This document shows positions 46,587 to 56,991 of a stretch of 64,000 bases of DNA, piece after piece. The stretch is from the NCBI GenBank assembly GCA_963761335.1, contig CAVXGR010000013.1, positions 1 to 64,000 on the forward strand, in the 5' to 3' direction. This DNA is from an uncultured delta proteobacterium. GTDB lineage: Bacteria; Desulfobacterota; Binatia; HRBIN30; BPIQ01. A program made the translations under genes and the position numbers. Position 1 is the stretch's first letter. Each line of letters begins with the position of its first letter. A model generated the notes under the pieces. The model was not told the origin of the DNA, did no database searches, and saw nothing but the letters and a program-made list of their open reading frames with translations.

Positions 46587-49160
46587 TCACTCGTTCCGCA
46601 GCGCTTCGGTGACCGAAAGACGCGAAGCCCGCACGGATGGAAGCAGGGAACCAATCAGGCAGAGAACGATCGTCAAGACTGCGGCGCTGATCGCAAAGCC
46701 GTAGGGGAAGTGAAGATCCAGCTTCCAGCCCAGCACCGCTGGAAACTGAATGGTTACCCAGAAGACGCCGAGAGCCATGCCGATCACGAGGGCCAATATC
46801 AAGCCCAGGAGGCCAACCGTACCGCCCTGAAGCATGACCATTGCGAACAGTTGTCTCCGGGGTAGGCCCAAGGCACGCATTGTCGCAAATTGTCTGCTTC
46901 GCTCCACAACTCCGGCAGCGAGGGTATCGCCGATTCCCAAGAGCACAAGCAAGAAGGTCATCGCTTCCATCAGGTACGTGGTGCTGAATGCCTGCCGCGC
47001 CTGAGCCGCAAAATATTCAACCAGGGCCGGCGCGGAGCGAATCAGTAGGCGGTGCTGACGAACAAGCTGCTTTGAAAGGGAAGCTGCGGCAAGCTTGGGC
47101 ATGAGCCCGTGATCCAGGGCAACATGTATCCAAGTGACCATTCGGTCTCCCCAGACTTCTTTGTACAGATCACGAGAGAAGATGATCGCTGTTTCTGGCT
47201 CTGAGCGTGTGACTGCAACAATCAGCATCGGCCGGGTGCCGCCCGGTGACGGGAGATAGACTGTGTCCCCAGCGACTACGTGGAATTTCTGCGAGAATGG
47301 GGTCGACACAATTGCGCCCTGTCCCGAGATAAGTCGCTGTGTCGCGTCCGGCAATACATCGCCCACGAAAGGCCACTGGCAAACACGCGAGTCGTGAAAG
47401 CAGCTGGGATCGTACGCGTCGAGCACCGCTCGTTGACCACTGTACTGTATGTCGGCGCGCTTCTCCCCCGCGACGGCAGCCACCTCCTTCAGCATTCCTA
47501 TTTCTTCGACGAGTGAGTCGCTGAGCGGCGCACTCACCCAACCGCCAGTGACGAACGCGGAAGTTATGATCAAATCCGCCTTGAGCCGAGACGACACCTG
47601 AGAGACCAGCGTCCGCTCGAAGCTCCAACCGAGCATCCCAAACAGCAGGACGGCGCCGAGGCCGACGCCGAGGGTGGCGACGGTGAGGGCGGAGCGGCGC
47701 GGCTGCCACTGGATGTGCTTGGCGGCGAAGCGACCGGTGGGGCCGAAGATTCGTTCCCAAACCACCGCCAGGGCGCGGCCCCCGATCGCCACCACCGGTG
47801 CCGCCGCCAGCATCACTGCCAGCGCCATCAGCGCCGTGGTCACGTGCCCCAGCGCCGTGATCTGCGAGACCTGCTGCCAGATCACCAGCACCACCACCGC
47901 CCCGATCAGTACGCCCGGCAAGAGCAGTCGCCGCCACCCCGGCCGCGCCGCCGGCATCTCCCGACCCCGCATCCGCAGCGCCGCCACCGGCTGCTTGCGC
48001 GCCAGCCGCAGCGCCGGCATCACCGCCGCGGCCACCGCCGCCACCATGCCGACCGCCGTTCCCACTGCCACCGCCGCCCAGCTCAACACCTCCGGCGCCG
48101 CCGCCGGCACCGGCACCCGAAAGGCAATCGCCGTCGTCTGCGCCAGAAACGGCAGCCCGTATCGGCCGATCACACTTCCCAGCGCCAACCCCAGCGCCGT
48201 ACCCGCAGCTCCCAGAATCAGGCTCTCCTTGAGCAGCTCCCGGAACACCACCGCCCGTCCCAGGCCCACTGCCCGCAGCAGCCCCACCTGCCAGGTGCGC
48301 GCCTCGAAGACCGCCCCCAGCCGGCTGTAGCAGATGACGAACCCCGCCAGCACCGCCAGCAGCCCGAACGCCGACAGCATCAGCTGAAAGCCCCCCACCG
48401 TCTTGCGGATCACGTTCTTGCGCAGCGCCGGCTCCTCGACCCGCAGCCCCGCCGGCAACACCGCCTCCAGCGCCCGCCGCACCGTCTCCGGGCTCGCGCC
48501 GCTCTCCACCCGCACGTCGATCTGACTGATCTGCCCGTCGGCGGTGAAGGCGCGCTCGGCGGCGAACAGGTCCATCACCACCAGCCGCCCGTCCAGCGTT
48601 TTCGCCAGCCCCTGTGGGTCGAGCAGGCCGCGAATGGTGAACCCCTGCACTCCCTTCGGCGTCACCAGCTCGACCCGGTCGCCCACCTTCAGGCCGCGCC
48701 GCTGCGCGAAGGCGCGGCCGAGAATGATCGAGTCGGGGGCGTTGAGAAACTCCAGCAGATCGTCCACCACGCCCTTGCTGCCGCCGGTGTGATACAGGCG
48801 CACGGCGGCGTCGTGGGTGAGATCGACACCGTGCACGGTGAGAAGCTCGCCGCTGCCGTCGTCCGGAAAGGCCACGCCGCGTACCAGAGGCGCCGCCACC
48901 TCCACGCCGTCGGTCGCCTCCACCGCATCCACCAGCTCGTCCGAGAAGGTCAGCCCCGGTCCCGGCGAGATGGTCAGCGACGCCCTTCCCGCCATGGCAT
49001 CCGCCGTGTCCAGAAACGACTGCAGCACCGCCGAGTTCATCAGCTGGATGCCCACCACCAGCCCCACCCCCAGAGCCACCGCCACCACGCTCAGCGCCAT
49101 CTGCCGCTGACGCGCCCGCATCTGGCGATACGCCATCTTCAGAGACAGCGCCCGTCTCAT
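46587..49160 (-). CDS. FtsX/MacB-like ABC permease (duplicated)
   Basis: Two MacB_PCD+FtsX modules (LLRAVGL; ERSRQFATMRALG; EALRNE). Confidence 0.9.
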   Translation of the reverse strand: MRRALSLKMAYRQMRARQRQMALSVVAVALGVGLVVGIQLMNSAVLQSFLDTADAMAGRASLTISPGPGLTFSDELVDAVEATDGVEVAAPLVRGVAFPDDGSGELLTVHGVDLTHDAAVRLYHTGGSKGVVDDLLEFLNAPDSIILGRAFAQRRGLKVGDRVELVTPKGVQGFTIRGLLDPQGLAKTLDGRLVVMDLFAAERAFTADGQISQIDVRVESGASPETVRRALEAVLPAGLRVEEPALRKNVIRKTVGGFQLMLSAFGLLAVLAGFVICYSRLGAVFEARTWQVGLLRAVGLGRAVVFRELLKESLILGAAGTALGLALGSVIGRYGLPFLAQTTAIAFRVPVPAAAPEVLSWAAVAVGTAVGMVAAVAAAVMPALRLARKQPVAALRMRGREMPAARPGWRRLLLPGVLIGAVVVLVIWQQVSQITALGHVTTALMALAVMLAAAPVVAIGGRALAVVWERIFGPTGRFAAKHIQWQPRRSALTVATLGVGLGAVLLFGMLGWSFERTLVSQVSSRLKADLIITSAFVTGGWVSAPLSDSLVEEIGMLKEVAAVAGEKRADIQYSGQRAVLDAYDPSCFHDSRVCQWPFVGDVLPDATQRLISGQGAIVSTPFSQKFHVVAGDTVYLPSPGGTRPMLIVAVTRSEPETAIIFSRDLYKEVWGDRMVTWIHVALDHGLMPKLAAASLSKQLVRQHRLLIRSAPALVEYFAAQARQAFSTTYLMEAMTFLLVLLGIGDTLAAGVVERSRQFATMRALGLPRRQLFAMVMLQGGTVGLLGLILALVIGMALGVFWVTIQFPAVLGWKLDLHFPYGFAISAAVLTIVLCLIGSLLPSVRASRLSVTEALRNE

Positions 49161-49882
49161 CGTTGCGGATGCACCACCGCCAGGCGGGGCTGCTCGCGGG
49201 CGCGCACGTCGCGAATGATGGCGCCGTCGCGCAGCTCCAGGGTGCGGTGACCGTAGGTCGCCGCGAGCACGTTGTGCGTGACCATCACCACGGTCACTCC
49301 CCGCGACGAGTTGAGGCTCCGCAACAGGTCGAGGATCTTCTCCCCCGTGTGCGAGTCGAGATTCCCGGTCGGCTCATCGGCGAGCAACAATGCCGGATCA
49401 GGAGCAATGGCGCGGGCAATGGCCACCCGCTGCTGCTCGCCTCCGGAGAGCTCGGCGGGATAGCGCCGGCCGCAGCCGTGGACGTTGACCTGGGCGAGCG
49501 CCTCGGCGGTACGGCGCCGCACCTCGACGCGCGAGTATCCGGAGAACTCCAGCGGCCAGGCGACATTCTCCTCGACGGTGAACTCGGGCAGCAGATTGAA
49601 CGACTGGAAGACGAAGCCGATGGTCCGCAGCCGCATCGCCGAGAGCTCGCGGTCGGAAAGGGCGGCGAGATGATTGCCGGCGACGGTGACCGCGCCGTCG
49701 TCGGGCGTATCCAGACCGGCGATCAGGTTGAGCAGCGTCGTCTTCCCCGAGCCGCTCGGGCCCATGAGGGAGACGAACTCGCCTTCGCGAAAGACGGCAC
49801 TGAGATTGTCCAGCACCGGGGCCGGCCGCGACCCGTAGGTCTTGGTGACACCGTGCAGCTCGACGATGGGCCTGGCGTTCAT
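49157..49882 (-). CDS. LolD/MacB-type ABC ATP-binding protein
   Basis: GPSGSGKT, IGFVFQSFNLL, LSGGEQQRVAIARA, DEPTGNLD, VTHN. Confidence 0.93.
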   Translation of the reverse strand: MNARPIVELHGVTKTYGSRPAPVLDNLSAVFREGEFVSLMGPSGSGKTTLLNLIAGLDTPDDGAVTVAGNHLAALSDRELSAMRLRTIGFVFQSFNLLPEFTVEENVAWPLEFSGYSRVEVRRRTAEALAQVNVHGCGRRYPAELSGGEQQRVAIARAIAPDPALLLADEPTGNLDSHTGEKILDLLRSLNSSRGVTVVMVTHNVLAATYGHRTLELRDGAIIRDVRAREQPRLAVVHPQR

Positions 49883-50490
49883 TTGCGCGCGGCTCCTTTG
49901 ATCTTGCGTTCCTGGCGGCGGAGGCTCGGCTCCTCGCGGTCGTCGGACGCGAGCCACTCCTCGTAGGTGGACACCAGACGCTCGAGAAATTCCAGATCGG
50001 CGACCACGTGCGCCAGACGCCGCGAGATGAGCAGAGCGCGCGTCGGAAAGCGAGGCACGCCGTCTTCTGCGGCGGCGCGGTTGAGCACCGCCTCGCGCTC
50101 GCGCTCCAGAACCTTGCTGCGCAACCAGAGGTCCTGGCGCGAGCGCTCGATCAGGCGGCGCGCCGAGGCGCGGTCGGCTTCGGCGAGGAAGAGGGCACGG
50201 CCGGCGAGCTCGTCGTCGGAGCTGGCCGGCTCGCTGGGCAGGCGGTTGAACCACTGCGCGAAGGCCTCGCGTCCGAGAGCGGTGATGGCGTAGGGCGTGC
50301 GCCGCGGATCGGCGCCCGGGGGATTCTCCGTCGGCTCGACCAGCCCCTCCGCCAGCAGGCGCGCCAGCTCACGATAGAAGTTGCCGGTGCTGATCCGTAC
50401 CCCGGATCGCTCCTCGTACGCCTTCATCAGCGCATACCCGTGACGGGACACGCCGCCGTGCAGTAATCCCAGAACAAGGTATCGGAACAT
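49879..50490 (-). CDS. PadR-family transcriptional regulator
   Basis: LVLGLL, HGYAL, GNFYRELARL, RRTPYAITALGREAF. Confidence 0.88.
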   Translation of the reverse strand: MFRYLVLGLLHGGVSRHGYALMKAYEERSGVRISTGNFYRELARLLAEGLVEPTENPPGADPRRTPYAITALGREAFAQWFNRLPSEPASSDDELAGRALFLAEADRASARRLIERSRQDLWLRSKVLEREREAVLNRAAAEDGVPRFPTRALLISRRLAHVVADLEFLERLVSTYEEWLASDDREEPSLRRQERKIKGAARK

Positions 50491-50702
50491 CCGTGCTCCC
50501 CCCTTCCGTGTAGTGCTGCAGGAAGTACCAAGAAGGGAGACGGGGCGTCAACGAATTTTGTCGGTGCGGCGCATGCATGCGCCCTTCGGGCGGGTGGCTC
50601 GGTTCTCGGGTTCTCTGGTTTGCGGGTTGGCTTGCGATACGCTTCACCTTGCCCGTGCCCGTCTTTTTCCCCGGTTGGCCTAAGGGCACCCGGTATGCGC
50701 CC

Positions 50703-52067
50703 CTACACCGGGGAGAAGACCACCGGCAGGCCGTCGCGGGGCTTCGAGATCGGCGCCTGCTGCACCGGCATCTGGTAGCCGTCGGGGACGCTCCAGCGGT
50801 AGCGGCGCAGCAGCTGGTGCATGACCGACTTGACCTGCACCTCGGCGAAGCGCAGGCCGATGCACAGGTGCGGGCCGCCGCCGAAGGGCACCCAGGAGTG
50901 CGTGTGGCGCTCGTCCTCGGCGCGACCCGGGGCGAAGCGCCCCGGGTCGAAGCGGTAGGGCTCGTCCCACCACTCGCGCATGTGGTGCGTGTGGATCGGC
51001 GACACCACCACCATGGTCTCCGCCGGGATGCGGTAACCGCCGAACTCGAACTCGGCAGTGGCGACGCGCGGCATCACCGGCAGCGGCGGATAGCGGCGCA
51101 GCGTCTCCTTCATCACCCAGGTGAGGCTCTCGAGCCGCTCGAGGTCGTCGAAGCCGAGGTGCTCGACGCCGAGGGCGCGGCTCTCCTCGCGCACGATCTC
51201 CTGCCACTCGGGGTTGCGCGCCAGCTCGTAGGTCATCGAGGTGAGCGTGCTGGTGGTGGTGTCGTGCGCCGCCATCATCAGGAAGATCATGTGGTCGATG
51301 ACCTCCTGGTCGCTGAAGCGCTCGCCGTCCTCGGTCACCGCGTGGCACAGGCGGCTGAACATGTCGCTGCCCTCGCCGGCGCGCCGGGCGCCGATCAGGC
51401 GCCCGAAGTAGCCGCTCATGAACTCGCGCCCCTGGAGGCCGCGGTAGAACTCCAGGCCGGGGATGGGCAGCCGCAGGCGCGACATCGAGGCGGCCACCAG
51501 GTTCTCGAATACCTGGTTCATGCGCTCGGTCTCGGGGCCGAGCTCGACGCCGACGAAGATCTCCGCGGCGATGCCGAGGGTGAGCTTCTTGAACGCCGGG
51601 AACGCCGCCATCGGCCGCACGCCGCTCTGCCCCCAGGTGGCGATCCCCTGCTCGATGCGCGGCCCCATGCGCGCCGCGTAATCGCGCAGCGGCTCGCGCT
51701 TGAAGGCCTCGTGCATGATCTTGCGGTGCTGCTTGTGCTCCTCGCCGTCGCGCAGCAGCAGGCCGTTCGGGAAGATTCGCCCCATGATCATGTGCCAGGG
51801 CCGGCGCGCCGAGAAGATGCGGTCGCGGTCGAGCAGGACGAAGCGGTTGGCGTCGGGGCCGAAGAGGTTGACGAAGCGCATCGGCCCGGCCTGCTGCATG
51901 ACCACCGGCCCGAGCTCCTCGTAGTAGCGGCGCAGGTTGGAGAGCATGTCGATCCGCCCCCCGCCGTTGGCGAGAATGCTGCGCACCGACTCGACGAATC
52001 CGGTGCGCGGGATCGCGCTCGCCGGCCGCAGCGCCGGTGTCCGTGTCGCTCCGTAGCTGGTCGCCAC
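50703..52067 (-). CDS. Cytochrome P450
   Basis: AAHDTT (I-helix), ETLR, FDPGRF, PFGGGPHLCIG. Confidence 0.95.
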   Translation of the reverse strand: MATSYGATRTPALRPASAIPRTGFVESVRSILANGGGRIDMLSNLRRYYEELGPVVMQQAGPMRFVNLFGPDANRFVLLDRDRIFSARRPWHMIMGRIFPNGLLLRDGEEHKQHRKIMHEAFKREPLRDYAARMGPRIEQGIATWGQSGVRPMAAFPAFKKLTLGIAAEIFVGVELGPETERMNQVFENLVAASMSRLRLPIPGLEFYRGLQGREFMSGYFGRLIGARRAGEGSDMFSRLCHAVTEDGERFSDQEVIDHMIFLMMAAHDTTTSTLTSMTYELARNPEWQEIVREESRALGVEHLGFDDLERLESLTWVMKETLRRYPPLPVMPRVATAEFEFGGYRIPAETMVVVSPIHTHHMREWWDEPYRFDPGRFAPGRAEDERHTHSWVPFGGGPHLCIGLRFAEVQVKSVMHQLLRRYRWSVPDGYQMPVQQAPISKPRDGLPVVFSPV

Positions 52068-52170
52068 CTTCCGTCCCCCGCTCGACTCTGCCACAGCCGC
52101 GCCACGCCTCCAAGCCGCGCGCCCGCCGGCACGCCTCGTCTGCAGCGCATCGGCGTGCTAGGAGAGCCCC

Positions 52171-52485
52171 ATGGTGATCACCATCTTCCGCTCGCGGCTG
52201 CGCCCCGAGAACGCCACCGAGTACGAGGCGGTGGCGCAGCGAATCGACGAGATCGCCCGCGGCATGCCGGGCTTCGTGTCGATCAAGAGGTACGCCGCCG
52301 AGGACGGCGAGCGCGTCTCCATCATCGAGTTCGAGGACGAGGAGACGCACCGCGCCTGGCGCGAGCACCCCGAGCACCGGCGCGCCCAACAGCTCGGGCG
52401 CGACCGCTTCTACTCGGCCTTCCGCGTCCAGGTGTGCGTCGCCCGCGCCGACTACTCGTTTCCGCCGCGCCCCGGCGCCGCCTGA
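52171..52485 (+). CDS. Antibiotic biosynthesis monooxygenase (ABM) family protein
   Basis: MPGFVS, WREHPEHRRAQQLGR..FY; GGAG RBS. Confidence 0.88.
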   Translation: MVITIFRSRLRPENATEYEAVAQRIDEIARGMPGFVSIKRYAAEDGERVSIIEFEDEETHRAWREHPEHRRAQQLGRDRFYSAFRVQVCVARADYSFPPRPGAA

Positions 52486-53339
52486 GGCTCACCTCTCCCG
52501 CCCCCCACCCCGAAGCGCTCCTTCGTGCGGCGGACGTCGTCGCCGAGCAGCTCCTCGAGAAAGCGGCGGTGCTGGTCGGGGATCCTCGAGGGTCCGGTGG
52601 GGTTCACCGAGCGCCGCGCCTCCTTGCCGAGAAAGCGGCGGTCGCTGTCGACGCCGAGAAAGCGCATCACCTCGACGAGGAGCTCCTCCGGCCGCCGCTC
52701 GATGTCGTCGAAGAGCGGCAGCAGCAGGTGCCCCGGCCGCAGGTGCGCCGCCCAGCTCTCGGCGTTCTCGACGTAGCGGGCGCAGCGCCGCTGGTGGTCG
52801 CCGCGAAAGAATTCGCGGAGCTCCTCGTCGGAGACGTCCTCGAGCTTGCGGCCGCGGTTGCGCGCCAGGTCCTTCTTGGCGTGCGACCAGGCGCGCTCGA
52901 TGGGATCGCGGATCATGAGGATGACCTTGATCTCCGGGTTGAGGGCGGCGATCTCGGCGATCACGTCGGCGTCGAGGGTCGCATAGCTCGCCGTGGCCTC
53001 GCCGCGCACGCGCGGCCGGTAGAGGGCGCGGTAACGCCACAGGGTGATGGCGTTCTTCGCCGCCACCCGCCAGAGCGGCTCGCGAAAGAACTGCAGGTAC
53101 CAGACCAGGTCGTCCGACTGGAACTTCGGGTGCTGCGGCGTCTTCAGCCGGCTGAAGAAGAAGATCTCCTTCGGCTCGGCGAGCATGATCTGCGGGTGGA
53201 AGCGCAGATTGGCGTGCAGCCAGGTGGTCCCGGTGCGCTGCGGCCCGACGATCAGAAAGTCGGGAAAGCGCTCCAGGCTGACGCCGGGGTCGGAGACCTT
53301 CACGTGGTGCAGCTTCTGGCGGACCGGTGCGGGGATCAC
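52452..53339 (-). CDS. Sulfotransferase
   Basis: PDFLIVGPQRTGTTWL, KEIFFF, GEATASY, RDPIERAWS. Confidence 0.9.
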   Translation of the reverse strand: MIPAPVRQKLHHVKVSDPGVSLERFPDFLIVGPQRTGTTWLHANLRFHPQIMLAEPKEIFFFSRLKTPQHPKFQSDDLVWYLQFFREPLWRVAAKNAITLWRYRALYRPRVRGEATASYATLDADVIAEIAALNPEIKVILMIRDPIERAWSHAKKDLARNRGRKLEDVSDEELREFFRGDHQRRCARYVENAESWAAHLRPGHLLLPLFDDIERRPEELLVEVMRFLGVDSDRRFLGKEARRSVNPTGPSRIPDQHRRFLEELLGDDVRRTKERFGVGGGRGEPQAAPGRGGNE

Positions 53340-53443
53340 TTCAAGCGGAGTTGACTACCAGCCCGGGCGCGGAAGGAAAAGGGGCCGCTCGCGGGAATGA
53401 GAACCGGGCTCCTTGGTCGCCTCGCCCCCCCCCGCGCGCCGCA

Positions 53444-54433
53444 CTACCTACCGGCGACGTCGAGTGGATTGCTCTCGAACTCGGCAGGGGTCTTCTCGAG
53501 GCGCGGGGCGCAGGTGGCGAGAACGAGGTGGAAGTGCGGCGCCGAGATCTTCGGCGAGAGGCCGCCGGGCAGCGGCCCGGCGCTGACGACGCGGAGCTCG
53601 TAGGCGTCGGCGGCCTCGGTGATCGCCCAGCAGCCGTCGTCGCGGCGGCGCATGCCGGCGGCGGCCGCCAGCTCGACCGGAGCACTCTCCCCGGCGCGCA
53701 CCAGGCGCGCCTGCGGCGAGATGTACAGCGGCAGGGCGGTGAGGCCGTGCAGCCGGACGACGGCACCGGCGAAGGAATCGTAGCGATCGAAATCGGTGCG
53801 GGCGAAGAGTCGGGCGTTGCCGGCCGAGAGATTCTCGCCCACCCGCGAGGTGGTCTCCTCCCAGAAGCGCGGCGGACCGGTGTCGATGTGGAGAAAGGCG
53901 CCGCTGCGGTAGTAGCCGACGCCGCCGGTCTCCAGCCGCCGCAGCTGCATCCACAGGTGGCGCAGGTCGACTCCCCCGAAGGCCACGTCGGCGGCCATTG
54001 CCTGGGTGTGCAGCGAGGCCTTCGCCGCCAGCACTCCGGAGGCGCGCAGCCCGTTGTTGTACTCCGGGCTGCGATAGCCTGAGACGAGCGTCATGCGGCG
54101 CGGGTGGTAGTGCTCCTGGATGTAGGACAGGAGCTCGACCAGGCGCAGCGAGACGTCCTCCCGGGCGCCGTCGCCGCGCGAGCGGAAGAACTGCTTGATG
54201 CGCGCCAACGCCTCGGGGTCGTAGCTGCCGTCCGGGCGCCGGTAGCGAACCCGCAGGGTGGTGCTGAAATGGGCGTGGTGCAGCTCGAGCTGGCCGTCGC
54301 CCGCGAAGAAGAAGCGGGGCGCCGCCGAGCCGGCGGCGGCCGCGCAGACCGCGAGCAGAGCGCCGGCGGCGACGACGGCGAGGATGGCGGTCAATCGTTT
54401 CAGACGCGCGCTGCTCGCGGCTCCACCAGCCAT
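53444..54433 (-). CDS. YcbK/DUF882 (peptidase M15) family exported protein with C-terminal extension
   Basis: SGYRSPEYN, ASLHTQAMAAD, GGVGYY..GAFLHIDTGPPRFW. Confidence 0.88.
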   Translation of the reverse strand: MAGGAASSARLKRLTAILAVVAAGALLAVCAAAAGSAAPRFFFAGDGQLELHHAHFSTTLRVRYRRPDGSYDPEALARIKQFFRSRGDGAREDVSLRLVELLSYIQEHYHPRRMTLVSGYRSPEYNNGLRASGVLAAKASLHTQAMAADVAFGGVDLRHLWMQLRRLETGGVGYYRSGAFLHIDTGPPRFWEETTSRVGENLSAGNARLFARTDFDRYDSFAGAVVRLHGLTALPLYISPQARLVRAGESAPVELAAAAGMRRRDDGCWAITEAADAYELRVVSAGPLPGGLSPKISAPHFHLVLATCAPRLEKTPAEFESNPLDVAGR

Positions 54434-54491
54434 GCCCCCGGATACCAGCGACCCCGGGGGAGGACAACTCGAGGCGACCACGACCGCGCCC

Positions 54492-55484
54492 CTACAGGTA
54501 CGGCGCGACGCGCTCGCGGTAGACGCGCTCGACGTCGTCGACGGCGCCGAGGCGCACGGCGCAGTCGAGCAGCAGCACCCGGTCGGACCCGGGCCGCCGC
54601 GGGGCGCGCGGGTGCACGGCGTCGCTGTCGAGGCCGCCGGTGAGGTGCAGATACTGCGCCGCGGCGTGCTTGTACGCCGCCACCGGGGCGCGAAAGCCGA
54701 CGTTGCCGAGGTGCTGCAGGGCATCGTTCAGCCCCAGGAAGGCGAGATCGCCCTCGCGCAGGGCGCGGTCGCGCGCCGCGAACGCCTCGGGGGCATAGGT
54801 CGAGAGGCCGAGAAGATAATCGCTGCCATAGGCGACCATGTCTATGCCGAGATCGTTGCCTGTATAGATGCGGAAGTCGGGCCGCCGCCGATCGCGCGCG
54901 GCAAGGCGCCGCAGCTCGATGCCGCGGTCGAGAGACGAGTGCTTGGCGCCGCCGACGCGCGGCAGCTCCAGCAGCCGCGCAAAGGTATCATCGTCCCAGA
55001 TCTCGCCGTGGACAGCGAACACCGGGCTGAGCTCGAACAGCAGACAGCGCTCGGCGCCCTCGACGACACGCGCGTAGAGGGCGGCCTTCTCGGCAGCGCC
55101 GCACCCGTGCATGGCCGCCGACTGCACCACCACGGGGATGCCGCCGCGCGACTCGATGGCCGACATGGCGCGGTGATAGCTCGCCACCAGATCGGCGGCG
55201 CCCGGCTCGGGAAAGGCCCCGGCGTAGAAGACCGCATCTCCGCCGAGAGCGGCGCGGGCGACGTCGAGAACCTGGCATCGCTCGTCCGGGGTCAGCAGGT
55301 CGACGAAGCCGGTGTCCATGTTGACGGCGACCTCGAGCCCGGCGGCGCGGCTGCGGCACAGATGGCGCTCGAAGGCCTTCCAGTGGGGACGACCGTCCAG
55401 CGTGTACGGCAGCAGCACGGCGGAGATGCCGTGCACGGGCCGCGGCTGCAAGCGCGCCAAGGCGGCGGCGAGTGGAGTCTTCAT
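54492..55484 (-). CDS. Dihydrodipicolinate-synthase-like (class I aldolase) protein
   Basis: SAVLLPY, AVNMDTG, GAKHSSL, YTGND, DYLLGLS; ATGA overlap with the upstream gene. Confidence 0.8.
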   Translation of the reverse strand: MKTPLAAALARLQPRPVHGISAVLLPYTLDGRPHWKAFERHLCRSRAAGLEVAVNMDTGFVDLLTPDERCQVLDVARAALGGDAVFYAGAFPEPGAADLVASYHRAMSAIESRGGIPVVVQSAAMHGCGAAEKAALYARVVEGAERCLLFELSPVFAVHGEIWDDDTFARLLELPRVGGAKHSSLDRGIELRRLAARDRRRPDFRIYTGNDLGIDMVAYGSDYLLGLSTYAPEAFAARDRALREGDLAFLGLNDALQHLGNVGFRAPVAAYKHAAAQYLHLTGGLDSDAVHPRAPRRPGSDRVLLLDCAVRLGAVDDVERVYRERVAPYL

Positions 55485-56974
55485 CGCAGCTCTGGTGTTG
55501 CGGCGAGCGGCGCGGGCTGCCCTCTCTTCAGCCGCTCGAGCCTCTCGCGCTCGGGGCGGGCGCGATAGAAGGGATCGAGGGGATAGCATCCGGAAACCAT
55601 GCCCTGGCGCGGCGCCGTGGTGCAGTCGCTGAAGGTGCGGCACAGGCGCCGCCGCGCCAGCGGCCGGCCGGCGAGCACCTCGGCGGGCAGGTCGGGATAG
55701 GTGAGCGCCATGCGCCCGAGCCCGACGGCGTCGAACCAGCCGGCGCGCACGCAGGCCTGCGCCACGTGCGGCAGGTACTCCTGAAGATAGCTCCACCCCG
55801 TCGACACCACCGTCAGCCGCGGTGCCGCCCGCTTGGCGCGCGCCGCGGCGTCCAGCAGGCGGGCAACGCCGGCGAGCGGATCCTCGGGAGGAGCGTAGCC
55901 GTCGCTGGGCGGAAAGGCGGCCGGGCGCTGCAGGTGCGGCACGTAGTAGGGGCTTCCGCCGGTGACGTTGAGCATGGTGACGCCGAGGTCGGGCAGGGCG
56001 CGCACCAGCGCCAGGGGCTCCTCCCAGTCGGGCCGCTGGGGAGCATCGGCGTCGACGCCGAATCCCCAGAGGTACGGGAGCTCGTGCTCCTCGGGCACGC
56101 CCGGCCCCAGCTTGCCGTCGGGGGTTACACCGCAGGCGCGATGCGGCACGGCGTCGAAGAGGGAGAGGCGGACGCCGATCCCGAGCCGCGGCGCGGCGGC
56201 GCGCACGCCTTCGATCAGCTCGCGCAGGGCGCGCAGGCGCCGCGCCAGCGGCGCGCCGCCGAAATCCCCATCGCGCCGGCGCGCCGCCAGAAGCTCGTGG
56301 AACAGGTAGCCATGACAGTGCTTCACGTCGACGAAGTCGAAGCCCTCCTCCTGCGCCAGCCGCGCGGCGCGCCCAAAGCAGGCGATGATGTCCCGCAGCT
56401 CGGCATCGGAGAGCACCGCGGCGTCGCCGTCCACTCCCGCACGGCGGTCGAGAATCGGATGGCGAAAGGCGACCCGCGGAGCGCTCTCGCCGCTGGCGCC
56501 GGGGCGCGACCAGCGGCCGCTGTGGGTGAGCTGGATGCCGAGCAGCGGCGGCGCCGCACCGCTCTCCTCGGCGGCGGCGAGCAGCTCCCGGCGCAGCTCG
56601 CCGATGGCGGCGGCAGTGCGCTCCTCGAGGAGAAGCTGATGCGGGTTGGCGCGCCCGTCGGCGCGCACCGCAACCGCCTCGCCGCCCCAGATCCACGCCG
56701 CGCCGGAGGCTCCGAAGTTGCGCCACCGCCGGCGCGTGAGCGCCGACGGGCGGCCGTCGGCGGTCGCGTCCCATCCCTCCATCGGCTGGATGACGAAGCG
56801 GTTCGACAGAAGCCGCCGCTGCCCGGCGACATCCACCTCCAGCGCCGCCGCCAGCGGCGACGCGGGGCTCGGCAGCGGGCGCTCGTCCGCCGGCAGGAGG
56901 AGGCTCAGCTCGGCGAGGCGCCGGCGCAGAGCCTCGATGCCGCCGAGAGCAGCGATGCGGGGAAACTCGGCCAC
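55481..56974 (-). CDS. NADH:flavin oxidoreductase (Old Yellow Enzyme family)
   Basis: NRFVIQPMEGWD, QLTHSGR, GFDFVDVKHCHGYL, GLGRM. Confidence 0.9.
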   Translation of the reverse strand: MAEFPRIAALGGIEALRRRLAELSLLLPADERPLPSPASPLAAALEVDVAGQRRLLSNRFVIQPMEGWDATADGRPSALTRRRWRNFGASGAAWIWGGEAVAVRADGRANPHQLLLEERTAAAIGELRRELLAAAEESGAAPPLLGIQLTHSGRWSRPGASGESAPRVAFRHPILDRRAGVDGDAAVLSDAELRDIIACFGRAARLAQEEGFDFVDVKHCHGYLFHELLAARRRDGDFGGAPLARRLRALRELIEGVRAAAPRLGIGVRLSLFDAVPHRACGVTPDGKLGPGVPEEHELPYLWGFGVDADAPQRPDWEEPLALVRALPDLGVTMLNVTGGSPYYVPHLQRPAAFPPSDGYAPPEDPLAGVARLLDAAARAKRAAPRLTVVSTGWSYLQEYLPHVAQACVRAGWFDAVGLGRMALTYPDLPAEVLAGRPLARRRLCRTFSDCTTAPRQGMVSGCYPLDPFYRARPERERLERLKRGQPAPLAATPELR

Positions 56975-56991
56975 GGCACCAGTGCTCCGCC

